Positions 19,255 to 29,862 of a DNA stretch of 64,000 nt are shown here, one piece after another. The DNA comes from Flavobacteriales bacterium. Lineage in GTDB: Bacteria; Bacteroidota; Bacteroidia; Palsa-965. The first letter of the stretch is position 1, and the number at the start of each line of letters is the position of its first letter. The stretch covers positions 1 to 64,000 of the forward strand of contig JBEIPA010000015.1 of the NCBI GenBank assembly GCA_040377305.1, in the 5' to 3' direction. The notes beneath the pieces were generated by a model. The model made no database searches, had not been told where the DNA came from, and saw only the letters and a list, made by a program, of their open reading frames with translations. Made by a program: the position numbers and the translations under genes.

Positions 19255-21867
19255 CTACTGTTGATTAAAATCGTACCAATCCCTCTTCCGCGTCAGCTTC
19301 AAATCCTGCAGTACAGCCGATTTTACGTTAATCGTTACGTTGTAGCTCTGACGGAAGCCAAATGGAATCCAGTTGAACTGAAGCTCCCAGCAATGCAGAT
19401 CGCGGTAAACGTTCAGTGAAGTGTACGAGAATTCTTTTCGCGTGATATCGTAGTTGCTGTCAAAACCAATTTTCCATTTCGATGTAATGTTCGCATCACC
19501 TGAAACACGCATGGTTTGTGTCACGTTAGCATTCAATCCGTTTTTCTGCCAAACAAGATTGTATTGCATGTTCAGTGACCAGGGCACATTGAAGTCAACA
19601 TACGCCGCTGGATTCGCATTGACCATGTCAATTTCAGCTTGTGTTCCGCGACCGGAATTTCTGTTTTCACTTGCACCAAATCCTCCCGGACGAAGACTTG
19701 TACCCAATGACATTGACGCACTTGTAAGTCGTGCAAGTCGTTTGTTGTTTTTGATTTCGAAGCGCTCAATTCTCACACCCGTTGCGCTCATCATGTACGG
19801 ATCTGCCGTGAAGGAAGTATTCATATCGAACAAGCGGAACAATTTCATTCGCAAGCTTCCTGTAATCTGCGACCAATTGAAATGCTCTGCCATGAAGTTG
19901 TAGCTCGCACCAAAGTTCAAAGCGTCAATCAGCATTCTACGTTCGGGCTGCACAGCATTCGTGTCTTCGTTATTGCGCATCTTTCCTTCCCAGGAATTCA
20001 TGATAGACATTCCGAGTGCACCGATTTTTCCTCCAGGCGATGAACCGAAAATTCCGCCTTCAAAAACAGAGTATTGTGAAGTCGCACCCTGCGGACTCGA
20101 CTGCACTTCTCCCCAGAATCCATATTTCGGATCTGTAAAGTCGGGCATGTACGAAATGCTTGCGGTTGGTGTAATCACGTGACGAATCGTCTGGAACTTG
20201 GTTCGCTCGAGTTGATAGAATCCATAGAACTTCGTACTCAACGACAGACTCGCATTGAAATCAAAACTCGCACGTGCTCCATTCACTGTATCCGTAATTA
20301 CAGTTTCAGAATCAGGATCCCATGTTTTGCGAATGGTTTTGAACTGCGTGAGTGAATTCAAAGTGACAGCAGGTGTCAACGTATAATGATCGAGTACATT
20401 GAACGAAGTCGCAATCGGAATTTGTTGACGCAACCCTGTTCTGATCTTTGGCGAAATGACACTGCTGTAGTAATTCGGATTGTCCAGCAACTGTGGGTTC
20501 AACAAGGTGTCGGCAATCAGCAATGAGTTCTTGAATTCTGAAACGTAACTCATCCCGATTTTATCCCACCACTTTGCTTTTCCAACGCGCTCTTCATTCT
20601 TGAACGGATAAAAACGATTCACGTTGAACGTGGCACTCGGAAATCCGATGTCAACATTATGTGTCAGTGTGTTCTGGCTGTGCGACAAGTTGGTCGAGAA
20701 CGAACCGAACTTCCAGGTTTTCACCCACCGTACGTTCGACTGAAATGTATTCGAGAGATAATCATTCGCAATCGTAGCGTTGTACTGGTTGTAGGAACTG
20801 GAGTTCATATTCACATTCGCACCAAACTGAACTGACGGATTGAACTTCGCATCCTGCTGGTGTGTCCAACGAAATGAATAACCATTCACAATCTGACTGG
20901 TCGGCAATTCCTTATCGCCATTGTAGTTGCGCGCATAGCGAAGGCTCACATTACCGCCGTATTTGTATCTCACTTTGTAATTCGAGAACGTTTTCACACC
21001 CCAACTTCCTCTGGAATAAATATCACCGCGCAACGCAAAATCAAGCTTGTCGCTCACTCCCCAATAATAACCCCCGTCTTTTAGGAAGAATCCCCATGCA
21101 GGCGATTCACCGTATGAAGGAATCAGAATTCCGGAAGCACGTCCTTTCTTGTTCGGGAAATATCCGAACGGAACAGCAAGCGGTGTGGGAACATCTGCAA
21201 TCTGTAAGTACGCCGGACCAGTAATGATCTTATCATCCGGAATTACTTTCATCTTTTTCGCACGAATAGAGTAGTGGGGATGATCGAGATCGCACGTGGT
21301 ATATTGTCCATGTGAAAGATAAATTACGCCTGCAGAATCTTTCTTGAGTACGTCGGTGATAATGTATCCATCGCCCTGCTGTGTGGTCACTTCCTGGATA
21401 CGGCCCTTCTGGGTAACGTAGTTGTAGTCGAGCTTGTTTGCTTCGAACGACTGTCCCGCATCAGCAAATGAGGCTTTGCTGAGGTATTCGCCCTGTGTAT
21501 TGGTATCGCCTTGTGCAGTGATGATGTGATTCCGGAAATCAATACGAATGTATTTCGCCGTAATCGTCATGTCTTCATACTCCACATACGAACTGTCGTA
21601 GAGATAAACGATTTCGTTAATCAGGTCGAAACGCATGGAATCGCGTGCACCGTAAGAAACGAGCGACTTTAATCCGCTCGAAGAGACCGGTTGCACTTCA
21701 ACAGGCGGTTCTTCCTGAGCTTTTAATGTTAAAAAATGCAGGGCGAACACGGTTATCAACACAGCACAGCGGAAAAGTGCCGGATTGAATCCAAAGCAGG
21801 GTAGTGAATGGCGGTATTTTTGCTTGTGTACGATAATGCGACTCAAAACTAAATAAAAAGAGTCCAT
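19255..21867 (-). CDS. lptD: Putative LPS assembly protein LptD (Bacteroidota type)
   Basis: YTTCD..HPH, K.IP..KII.GPA, RDLHCW..F.W.PFG; start codon uncertain. Confidence 0.85.
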   Translation of the reverse strand: MDSFYLVLSRIIVHKQKYRHSLPCFGFNPALFRCAVLITVFALHFLTLKAQEEPPVEVQPVSSSGLKSLVSYGARDSMRFDLINEIVYLYDSSYVEYEDMTITAKYIRIDFRNHIITAQGDTNTQGEYLSKASFADAGQSFEANKLDYNYVTQKGRIQEVTTQQGDGYIITDVLKKDSAGVIYLSHGQYTTCDLDHPHYSIRAKKMKVIPDDKIITGPAYLQIADVPTPLAVPFGYFPNKKGRASGILIPSYGESPAWGFFLKDGGYYWGVSDKLDFALRGDIYSRGSWGVKTFSNYKVRYKYGGNVSLRYARNYNGDKELPTSQIVNGYSFRWTHQQDAKFNPSVQFGANVNMNSSSYNQYNATIANDYLSNTFQSNVRWVKTWKFGSFSTNLSHSQNTLTHNVDIGFPSATFNVNRFYPFKNEERVGKAKWWDKIGMSYVSEFKNSLLIADTLLNPQLLDNPNYYSSVISPKIRTGLRQQIPIATSFNVLDHYTLTPAVTLNSLTQFKTIRKTWDPDSETVITDTVNGARASFDFNASLSLSTKFYGFYQLERTKFQTIRHVITPTASISYMPDFTDPKYGFWGEVQSSPQGATSQYSVFEGGIFGSSPGGKIGALGMSIMNSWEGKMRNNEDTNAVQPERRMLIDALNFGASYNFMAEHFNWSQITGSLRMKLFRLFDMNTSFTADPYMMSATGVRIERFEIKNNKRLARLTSASMSLGTSLRPGGFGASENRNSGRGTQAEIDMVNANPAAYVDFNVPWSLNMQYNLVWQKNGLNANVTQTMRVSGDANITSKWKIGFDSNYDITRKEFSYTSLNVYRDLHCWELQFNWIPFGFRQSYNVTINVKSAVLQDLKLTRKRDWYDFNQQ

Positions 21868-21880
21868 TAACGTTTTAATA

Positions 21881-23200
21881 ATGATGCCGAGAGGAATCAA
21901 ACATTCATTCTTAGTTCTGGTAGGGTCGCTCATCGCGCTAGTGATAACGGCGTCCTTTTCCGCAAATAACGCGCCATCAAATGCCAAAATTCGCGTAGTC
22001 TGCATCGACCCCGGACATGGAGGTAAGGATCCAGGCTGTCACGGCGATAGTGTTAACGAAAGTGATGTGGCGTTGGCGATTGCACTGAAGCTCGGTGCTT
22101 ACATCGAGAAGTATTACCCCGATGTGAAAGTGGTTTATACCCGCAAGACCGATGTTTTTGTCGAGTTGAATGAACGTGCTGCAATTGCAAACCGCAACAA
22201 TGCCGATCTCTTTATATGTATTCACTGCAATTCAGCCTGCGTCAGGAAAAAGCAAACGAACGGGAAGTACAAAGATGTTTGCAACGAAACAGCGCATGGA
22301 GCCGAGACGTACGTGATGGGGCTTCACAAGTCAGACGGGAATCTGGACGTAGCTAAGCGTGAAAACGAAGCCGCTACACTTGAGGATGATTACCAGAATA
22401 AGTATAACATGGGTGTTAGCGGCGATGAAGCTGCAATCATTCTAAGTGCTTACCAGAACTTGTATATGGAACAGAGCACCTTGTTCGCTCAGTTTTGTCA
22501 GGATGAATTCCGTGATCGTGCCGGACGCGACGATAGAGGAGTAGAACAAGCAGGATTCCTCGTACTCTGGAAAACTGCAATGCCATCTGTCCTTATTGAG
22601 ACAGGTTTTCTGACTAATCCGGTTGAAGAACGTTTTCTCGGCGGATCAAAAGGTCAGACGCACATGGCGGCTTCGATCTTCCGTGCGTTCAGGAAATGGA
22701 AAGACAAAGTGGAAGGCATTACGCATACGTATACAGATGAAGTGGAGAAGATGAAGCCTTACAAGCTGGAGAAGGAAGACACTGCTGGACTACGCCGACC
22801 CTGGAATTATATCGCGAAGCCTGCTGGAAATAAAACGGCGACTCCACCGAAGAAAGACACCGTGAAAACAGTGGTGGTGAAGGACCCGAAAAAAGACTCC
22901 GCTACTTCAACGCCGTTTGTCGCAACCGGTAAGGTTCTTTATCGCGTACAGATTGTCTCATCAGAGAAAACATTGCCAGCCGATTCTCCGAAATTCAAAG
23001 GAGTGAAAGACGTGTGGCATTACGAGCAAAATGGAATTCATAAATACACTGCTGGCGAATATGAAACGAACGCGGAAGCCGCGAAACGTCAGGCCGAATT
23101 ACGCAGTGCAGGATTTAGTGAAGCGTTTGTAGTAGCCTTCGACAAAGATGGAAAACGCATCTCTGTCGAAGAGGCAAAAAAACTGAACGGCGGGAAGTAA
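21881..23200 (+). CDS. N-acetylmuramoyl-L-alanine amidase (Amidase_3) with C-terminal SPOR-like domain
   Basis: IDPGHGGKD.G, L.ER..IAN, IHCNS, MPSVLIETGFLTN; YRVQI..AFVVA C-terminus. Confidence 0.93.
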   Translation: MMPRGIKHSFLVLVGSLIALVITASFSANNAPSNAKIRVVCIDPGHGGKDPGCHGDSVNESDVALAIALKLGAYIEKYYPDVKVVYTRKTDVFVELNERAAIANRNNADLFICIHCNSACVRKKQTNGKYKDVCNETAHGAETYVMGLHKSDGNLDVAKRENEAATLEDDYQNKYNMGVSGDEAAIILSAYQNLYMEQSTLFAQFCQDEFRDRAGRDDRGVEQAGFLVLWKTAMPSVLIETGFLTNPVEERFLGGSKGQTHMAASIFRAFRKWKDKVEGITHTYTDEVEKMKPYKLEKEDTAGLRRPWNYIAKPAGNKTATPPKKDTVKTVVVKDPKKDSATSTPFVATGKVLYRVQIVSSEKTLPADSPKFKGVKDVWHYEQNGIHKYTAGEYETNAEAAKRQAELRSAGFSEAFVVAFDKDGKRISVEEAKKLNGGK

Positions 23201-23216
23201 TTCCTAAGTTCAACCT

Positions 23217-23259
23217 ACAGCCGGCGTTTGCGGAAACTACTAGCCGGCTGTTTCTTTTT
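23217..23259 (+). terminator. Intrinsic terminator
   Basis: ACAGCCGGC..GCCGGCTGT stem followed by TTCTTTTT. Confidence 0.65.
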
Positions 23260-23378
23260 AATTCGCTTTCTCGATTTTCGAGGAAGTACCCTAAATCAGC
23301 GAAAATCAGCCAAATCCGCTAAATCCGCGTACTATTTCACGCAGAATGCTAACTTTGTAGCTTGTCGATAGAACGCTT

Positions 23379-24398
23379 GTGAAGTACTCCAAAGAGATTA
23401 AAACCGGATTCGTTGTTGTTGTGGCTGTCGCCCTCTTCATCTACGGCTATAACTTCCTGAAAGGCAGGGATATATTCTCCAACAGCCTCGATTTATACGC
23501 AGAGTACGATCATATCGACGGGCTCACCTCAAACAACACAGTTCAGATTAACGGATTCAAAGTTGGAACTGTACGTGATATTGAGCTGACACCGGAAGGC
23601 AAGTTGCGTGTACACTTTATCATCACGGATAAAAATCTTGTACTAACAGATTCGTGCATCGCTTTGATTAAGAGTGGAGGATTGTTGGGTAATATGGAAC
23701 TCGCGCTCATTACATCGCCAAAAGGTAAGCCTGTTGTAGACGGTTCTCTAGTACGTGGGCTAAATGAGATCGGACTGAAAGACCAGGTGAATGCACAACT
23801 ACTGCCACTTAAGAACAAAGTAGAGAGTCTTGTTGGTTCGATCGATTCCATGGTTATTGTTTTTTCAGCCGTGTTAAATGAAGAAAGCGCCGAGGATATA
23901 AAAGCAAGCTTTGATAACATCAGATTGGCTTTGGAGAGTTTCCGCAACACTGCTTTCAACCTCGATACGATGGTGGCATCAAGTCATCGCAGTATGACCG
24001 ACATTGTAATCAATATGCGCGAGTTCTCTGAGATGATGGCAGAAAACAAAGACACGCTCGCTTTGGCAATGGCAAACTTTGCAAACATTTCAGATTCACT
24101 TGCGAAATCAAATCTGAAAGGGGCAATCGACAATGCGGCACTCGCACTTGCAAATGCCAATAAGCTGTTGACGCGTATCGACAAAGAAGGCGCGTCTGCG
24201 GTAATGATGGGACAAGATTCTCTTGTGATTGCCGATTTACGCTATTCAAATGCACGCATGGCTTTCCTGATCGAAGACATGACACGTTACCCGGGTCGTT
24301 ACTTGCCTTTCAAGAAGAAACCGAACAAGAAGGAAGAACAAGAAAGACAGCGAAAGATCGACAGCATTGAGCGATTGAATAAACGGAAGGATCCGTAG
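23379..24398 (+). CDS. MlaD/MCE family protein
   Basis: SKEIKTG, GYNFLKG, GL....V.ING..VG.V, helical C-terminus. Confidence 0.9.
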   Translation: MKYSKEIKTGFVVVVAVALFIYGYNFLKGRDIFSNSLDLYAEYDHIDGLTSNNTVQINGFKVGTVRDIELTPEGKLRVHFIITDKNLVLTDSCIALIKSGGLLGNMELALITSPKGKPVVDGSLVRGLNEIGLKDQVNAQLLPLKNKVESLVGSIDSMVIVFSAVLNEESAEDIKASFDNIRLALESFRNTAFNLDTMVASSHRSMTDIVINMREFSEMMAENKDTLALAMANFANISDSLAKSNLKGAIDNAALALANANKLLTRIDKEGASAVMMGQDSLVIADLRYSNARMAFLIEDMTRYPGRYLPFKKKPNKKEEQERQRKIDSIERLNKRKDP

Positions 24399-24411
24399 CT
24401 GCTTCTCATTC

Positions 24412-25725
24412 ATGGAATACATCGACAACATACTTTTTGCGGTTCTGCTCGGTGCAGGCATCTGGCTCTTCGCAAAAAACATTCGCAAGATCCGCAGAAA
24501 CATTCTCATCGGTCGGGATACTGATCGTTCCGACAACAAACCACTGCGCTGGAAAACAATGATGCGTGTTGCACTTGGACAATCCAAGATGATGACGCGT
24601 CCAATTCCTGCAATCCTTCACATCTTCGTTTACGTCGGATTCATCATCATCAACATCGAAGTAATCGAGATCCTGATTGACGGAGTTGCCGGTACGCATC
24701 GCGTTTTATCTTTTCTTGGTCCGCTCTACACATTCCTGATTGCGACTTTCGAGATTCTGGCAGTTCTTGTTCTTGCAGGATGCGCCTTGTTCCTCGTTCG
24801 CAGAAATTTCCTGAAGCTGAAACGTTTCATGAGCAAAGACCTCGATGGATGGCCTCGCTCTGATGCAAACTACATCCTCATCACCGAAATTCTTTTGATG
24901 ACAGCGTTCATTCTGATGAACACCATCGATCAGAATTTGCAGGCTGCAGGAAATGTACATTACATGAGCATCAGTTCTTCAGCATTTCCAATCAGCAGTT
25001 TATTCACAGGTGCATTCAGTGGACTCTCGCCCGATACGTTGGTTTTCATGGAGCGTAGCCTCTGGTGGTTTCACATCATCGGCATCATTGCATTCCTGAA
25101 TTACCTGCCATACTCGAAGCATCTACACATTCTTCTTGCATTCCCGAACACGTATTTCTCTAATCTCTGGAAGAAAGGCAGGTTCACGAATCTCGAATCA
25201 GTTACGGTTGAAGTGAAAGCTATGCTTGATCCTTCATACACGCCGCCACCGCCTCCTGAAACTCCGATGCGCTTCGGTGCAAAAGACGTTCAGGACTTAA
25301 CGTGGAAGCAATTGATGGATGCGTATTCGTGTACCGAGTGCGGACGCTGTACATCAGCGTGTCCGGCGAATATCACAGGCAAGCTACTTTCTCCACGTAA
25401 AATTGTCATGAACGTTCGCGATCGTGCAGATGAAGTTGGTAAGAACATGGATGCAAATGCCGGAAAGTTTGTTGAAGACAACAAAGACTTAAGCAGCTAC
25501 ATCTCGCCTGAAGAATTATGGGCCTGTACAAGCTGTAATGCCTGTGTGCAGGAATGTCCGGTAAACATCGATCCGCTTGGAATGATCATGGATATGCGTC
25601 GCTATTTGGTGATGGAACAATCTGCATCTCCAACTGAATTGAACATGATGATGACGAACATTGAGAACAACGGAGCGCCGTGGCAGTTCTCTCCTTCTGA
25701 TCGTCTGAACTGGGCAAAGGAATGA
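24412..25725 (+). CDS. Membrane 4Fe-4S dicluster oxidoreductase (FadF/HdrD-like N-terminal part)
   Basis: TM helices; CTECGRCTSACPA and CTSCNACVQECP. Confidence 0.9.
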   Translation: MEYIDNILFAVLLGAGIWLFAKNIRKIRRNILIGRDTDRSDNKPLRWKTMMRVALGQSKMMTRPIPAILHIFVYVGFIIINIEVIEILIDGVAGTHRVLSFLGPLYTFLIATFEILAVLVLAGCALFLVRRNFLKLKRFMSKDLDGWPRSDANYILITEILLMTAFILMNTIDQNLQAAGNVHYMSISSSAFPISSLFTGAFSGLSPDTLVFMERSLWWFHIIGIIAFLNYLPYSKHLHILLAFPNTYFSNLWKKGRFTNLESVTVEVKAMLDPSYTPPPPPETPMRFGAKDVQDLTWKQLMDAYSCTECGRCTSACPANITGKLLSPRKIVMNVRDRADEVGKNMDANAGKFVEDNKDLSSYISPEELWACTSCNACVQECPVNIDPLGMIMDMRRYLVMEQSASPTELNMMMTNIENNGAPWQFSPSDRLNWAKE

Positions 25726-26096
25726 AGTACGTTCGGATCATAGGGGCCATGGTTGCATTGATCACGTTAGGTTCAATGAATAGCGCACGTACACGCGTTT
25801 GGTCACTGCATATTGCTCCGTTAAATGATACACTTGTTATTGGAGTGAATAATAAAATGGAGATCTGGATGAACGGAGAACCAACAGGGAATGCACAATT
25901 TACCATTACCGGTGCGAGTGCAATTCCAAGTACGGGATATACCTTTATAGTTTCTCCGGGGTATTATCTTCCGCACGATCACGCAACGGTTAAAGTCACT
26001 TTTAAAAGTAAAGTGGTGTTGGAAAAAGTTCTCCCGTTTGTGAAGAATGAAGGCGACATCAAACTACGAGTTGAACAAATCCTGAATCAGAAATAA
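25722..26096 (+). CDS. Small secreted Ig-like protein (GldM-domain-like)
   Basis: Signal peptide; L.IGVNN.M.I....YTFIV.PG pattern; overlaps the upstream stop. Confidence 0.55.
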   Translation: MKYVRIIGAMVALITLGSMNSARTRVWSLHIAPLNDTLVIGVNNKMEIWMNGEPTGNAQFTITGASAIPSTGYTFIVSPGYYLPHDHATVKVTFKSKVVLEKVLPFVKNEGDIKLRVEQILNQK

Positions 26097-26104
26097 TTAT
26101 TCCA

Positions 26105-26533
26105 ATGAGTATAGAAGATGGATTGTTACAGGAATTGGAAAAGGACGGCAAAAAGCTGAGCCCGGTTCTTCCTGCAAACGTGAAGAATTTCCTGATTGAT
26201 ATTGATGGAACAATCTGCGATGATATTCCAAATGAAGAGTCGTGGAGAATGATGGATGCAGTGCACTATCCCGATGCGCTGGAATCTATTAACAGATGGT
26301 ACGACGAAGGACACATCATTACATTTTTCACTTCACGCACTGAAGAACATCGCGAAGTAACGGAAGCGTGGTTGATGAAGAATGGGTTTAAGTGGCACGG
26401 TATGGTGATGGGAAAACCACGTGGAGGAAACTATCATTGGATTGACAATCACATTGTGCGTGCAACACGTTTCGACGGTAAGTTTACTGACCTTGTTGAA
26501 CGAGAAGCAACGATACAGGTATTTGAGAAATAG
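26105..26533 (+). CDS. HAD-like phosphatase (LNS2-like family)
   Basis: IDIDGTIC, FFTSR, MGKPRGG, WIDN. Confidence 0.85.
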   Translation: MSIEDGLLQELEKDGKKLSPVLPANVKNFLIDIDGTICDDIPNEESWRMMDAVHYPDALESINRWYDEGHIITFFTSRTEEHREVTEAWLMKNGFKWHGMVMGKPRGGNYHWIDNHIVRATRFDGKFTDLVEREATIQVFEK

Positions 26534-26550
26534 TATTTGAACTTACGCCG

Positions 26551-27345
26551 ATGTCTGACAAAGTAATTCACGTTCCAACAATGGCCGAATACACGGCAAG
26601 GGGAGAAGCTCCGGAAATTCTTTTCTGGGTAGGTTGTGCCGGAAGCTTTGATGATCGCGCGAAAAAGATAACGAAGGCAATTGTTCGTATTCTCGATCAC
26701 GTTGGAATAAAATTCGCTGTGCTCGGATCCGAAGAAAGCTGCAACGGCGATCCTGCGAAACGTGCGGGCAATGAATTTCTGTTTCAGATGCAGGCCATAA
26801 CCAACATCACGGTGATGAATGCTTATGAAGTGAAGAAGATCGTAACGGGTTGTCCGCATTGCTTCAACACACTCAAGAACGAATATCCTTCTCTCGGCGG
26901 TAACTATGAAGTAATTCACCACACCGAACTTGTGCAGCAGCTTATCGATTCGGGCAAACTGAAAGTGCAGGGCGGAGAATTCAAAGGCAAGAAGATTGTA
27001 TTCCACGATCCATGTTACCTCGGGAGAGGAAATGATATTTACGAAGCCCCTCGCGAAGTAATTGCAAAACTCGATGTTGAACTGCACGAAATGAAACGCA
27101 GTCGCCAAAACGGACTATGTTGCGGTGCCGGTGGTGCCCAAATGTTCAAAGAAGCGGAGAAGGGGAACAAAGAAGTGAACGTAGAGCGCACTGAAGAAGC
27201 ACTGGAGTTAAATCCCGACGTGATCGCAGTAGGATGTCCATTCTGTATGACGATGATGACAGACGGCGTTAAACACTTCAACAAAGAAGGTTCAACCAAA
27301 GTCCTGGATGTTGCAGAACTGATTGCAACCGCGAATGACCTCTAA
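26551..27345 (+). CDS. CCG-domain Fe-S protein (GlpC/HdrD-like)
   Basis: FWVGC, ESCNGD, TGCPHC, HDPCYLGR, CCGAGG, CPFC. Confidence 0.92.
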   Translation: MSDKVIHVPTMAEYTARGEAPEILFWVGCAGSFDDRAKKITKAIVRILDHVGIKFAVLGSEESCNGDPAKRAGNEFLFQMQAITNITVMNAYEVKKIVTGCPHCFNTLKNEYPSLGGNYEVIHHTELVQQLIDSGKLKVQGGEFKGKKIVFHDPCYLGRGNDIYEAPREVIAKLDVELHEMKRSRQNGLCCGAGGAQMFKEAEKGNKEVNVERTEEALELNPDVIAVGCPFCMTMMTDGVKHFNKEGSTKVLDVAELIATANDL

Positions 27346-27561
27346 CGGCTTTTGGTATACCTAGTTCACGGTATCGAATTGTTGCTTTTCGTCAGAAAAG
27401 TGTCGACACCTCAGTTTTGAACAGAATCCTGAGCATAAATTACCAATTTTTAGACGAATTTGTGAGCATTTTCCCAGTGAAAATGGTGATATTTGTCACC
27501 GCCGGAATAGTGAGTCCGGAATTTTCAATACGCTGAATTTATCCCAAAAACAACACTTCTA

Positions 27562-28671
27562 ATGGAAGCACAACAGAACATCCGTTTTAACACCAAGGAG
27601 CGCCAGTTTTTCAAGGTTTTGCACGAAAGAGTAGATAATTATTTCAAAACACAGTCCAAGTCACGATTTGGGAACTGGACGAGTTGGGTGAAAACCGCAT
27701 TCATGTTCACATTATATCTTGCACCATATTTCCTGATGTTGACGGGGGTATTCTCCGGCGACTGGATGATATTTCTGGGTTACCTGATTATGGGGCTGGG
27801 AATGGCTGGAATCGGTTTAGGTGTAATGCACGATGCTAACCACGGCAGTATTTCCAAGAGTCAATGGGTCAATAATCTCCTTTCGTACAGCCTCAACTTT
27901 GTTGGTGGCCACAACAAGAACTGGCAAATGCAACACAATCATTTGCATCACACATACACGAACATTGAAGGTCATGATGAAGACATTGCTCCTGCTGGAG
28001 TATTGCGCTTCTCTCCGCATGCAAAACTCAGAAAGATCCACAAACTACAGTTTTTGTATGCATGGTTCTTCTATAGCTTGATGTCTTTGATGTGGGTGAC
28101 TACAAAAGACTTTAACCAGCTTCTTCGCTACAAGAAAATGGGATTGTTGAAAATGAAAGGTTTGAATTTCGGGAAAGAACTGATGATCATCATTGCGTCG
28201 AAACTGTTCTATTATTCCTACATCATTGCTATTCCGATTTTGTTTTTCGATTACGCAAATTGGTGGATTGTTCCACTCGCATTTGTTATTGGGAAACAGT
28301 TCACGTGTGGCTTGATCCTCGCATGCATTTTCCAGCCTGCTCACGTCGTGGAGTCAACTACTTTTCCTTTGCCTGATAAGACTGGACATATCGAAACAGA
28401 TTGGTCAATTCACCAACTATACACTACAGCAAACTTTGCTCCGCGCAATCTTATTCTTTCGTGGTTTGTTGGCGGGCTGAATTATCAGGTGGAACACCAT
28501 TTATTCCCGGCGATAAGCCACGTGCACTACCGGAAAATTTCTCCGATTGTTCGTGAAACCGCGAAGGAGTTTAACCTTCCCTATCACTCCGAACCGCATT
28601 TCGTCGGTGCTTTGTGGTCGCATACGAAGATGTTGTGGAGACTTGGGCGTCAGGAAAGTGCAGCAGCGTAA
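27562..28671 (+). CDS. Membrane fatty acid / acyl-CoA desaturase
   Basis: His boxes HDANH, HNHLHH, QVEHHLFP. Confidence 0.93.
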   Translation: MEAQQNIRFNTKERQFFKVLHERVDNYFKTQSKSRFGNWTSWVKTAFMFTLYLAPYFLMLTGVFSGDWMIFLGYLIMGLGMAGIGLGVMHDANHGSISKSQWVNNLLSYSLNFVGGHNKNWQMQHNHLHHTYTNIEGHDEDIAPAGVLRFSPHAKLRKIHKLQFLYAWFFYSLMSLMWVTTKDFNQLLRYKKMGLLKMKGLNFGKELMIIIASKLFYYSYIIAIPILFFDYANWWIVPLAFVIGKQFTCGLILACIFQPAHVVESTTFPLPDKTGHIETDWSIHQLYTTANFAPRNLILSWFVGGLNYQVEHHLFPAISHVHYRKISPIVRETAKEFNLPYHSEPHFVGALWSHTKMLWRLGRQESAAA

Positions 28672-28703
28672 TTTTCATAGCGCTCGCACCATAAACCATT
28701 AAG

Positions 28704-28745
28704 AATAAAAAAATCCGGACTGAACTTCAGTCCGGATTTTTTATT
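28704..28745. terminator. Bidirectional intrinsic terminator
   Basis: AAAAAATCCGGACTGAA-C-TTCAGTCCGGATTTTTT between convergent genes. Confidence 0.9.
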
Positions 28746-28786
28746 TCAGGAAATGGACTTTCATATAAGTCTCGTGCGCTTTCCGT

Positions 28787-29680
28787 TCAGTTTTTGAAGT
28801 GTACATTCCCACAGCATTTCTTAAATTTCTCTCCGCTATCGCAAGGGCAAGGATCGTTTCTCCCGATCTCATATTTCTTCCGATCCATCTTCCGCACTTT
28901 CATGTCGTGCTGGAAAATCTTCCCGAGCAGTTCGTATAATTCCGGATGCTTCTTTGACAACAGTTGCGGGTGCTCGAAAAAATACTCGCTGATCACCGCG
29001 AAGAATTCTATGCGACTCGTCGCGCCGTAAGGGTTCACATCTGACTTGTTCGCGTAAATCTCTTCGATCTTTTTTTCGATGAGTGTGATCCACGGAATGG
29101 CATATTGCTTTTCCAATAACACCGCAGGAATGCCGTCGATGCGGTCGTCCATCTTGTCAATAAGGTGAATGAACTCGTGTACGCCGGTATTTCGCTTGTC
29201 AGTCGTGTTGTCGAAACCATGATGTAAAGCCTGCTTCGACAGAATCATTTTTCCATCCATATAGCCAGTGCCCACCATGCCGAGGATCATGCGATTGGTA
29301 CCAGTCGTCCGGAAATTTTCATCGAAGCTCGACGGGTAGATGAGAACTTCGTACAAATTCATGTACGACCATTCCGGAAAACGAAAAATGGGAATGACCG
29401 CACTTGATGCTACCAGCAACCGATCCGTGTCGTCAACCTCAACCTGCACGCCGGTGATACGGCAGTTCGAGAGAAATTCCTGCACCTTGAATTCGAACAG
29501 TTGCTGCTCCTCTTTCGTCAGACTGTTGTAAAAAGAGACTTTTCGCGCGAGCATAATGCGCCACGCCGGAGGAAAATCATCTTGCGGCTGTGTCCAATCT
29601 TCTGCAGTAGCTTTTGTCGGGTGTTGCTTCCACCAAACTACTAACGCGATAAACACGGCAAGGGCTAGTAAATACAGCAT
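28787..29680 (-). CDS. M90 (MtfA-like) zinc peptidase with C-terminal SEC-C motif
   Basis: HEFIH..D..D, YGAT...EFFAV.SE.FFE.P; GRNDPCPC.SG.KFKKCCG. Confidence 0.88.
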   Translation of the reverse strand: MLYLLALAVFIALVVWWKQHPTKATAEDWTQPQDDFPPAWRIMLARKVSFYNSLTKEEQQLFEFKVQEFLSNCRITGVQVEVDDTDRLLVASSAVIPIFRFPEWSYMNLYEVLIYPSSFDENFRTTGTNRMILGMVGTGYMDGKMILSKQALHHGFDNTTDKRNTGVHEFIHLIDKMDDRIDGIPAVLLEKQYAIPWITLIEKKIEEIYANKSDVNPYGATSRIEFFAVISEYFFEHPQLLSKKHPELYELLGKIFQHDMKVRKMDRKKYEIGRNDPCPCDSGEKFKKCCGNVHFKN

Positions 29681-29862
29681 CGGGATTAATTGATGTGATA
29701 AAGAAAGGAAATTCTTCGCAACCTAGTTTAGCTTGGGCGAGGCAATCAACAGTAAACAGTGCGCAGTAACCAGTTCGCAGTGCGCAGTAATTGTGTGATT
29801 TTGCAAAATATGTAACTGAGTACTGCGCACTGCCAACTGCGCACTGTTTTGTACCTTTGCAC

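Noticed and set aside
21868-22005. Head-to-head overlap of lptD and the amidase
   Set aside because: Artefact of longest-ORF calling; lptD probably starts at or downstream of 21867
28787-28870. SEC-C motif fused to the M90 peptidase
   Set aside because: SEC-C tails are promiscuous and the fusion is unremarkable
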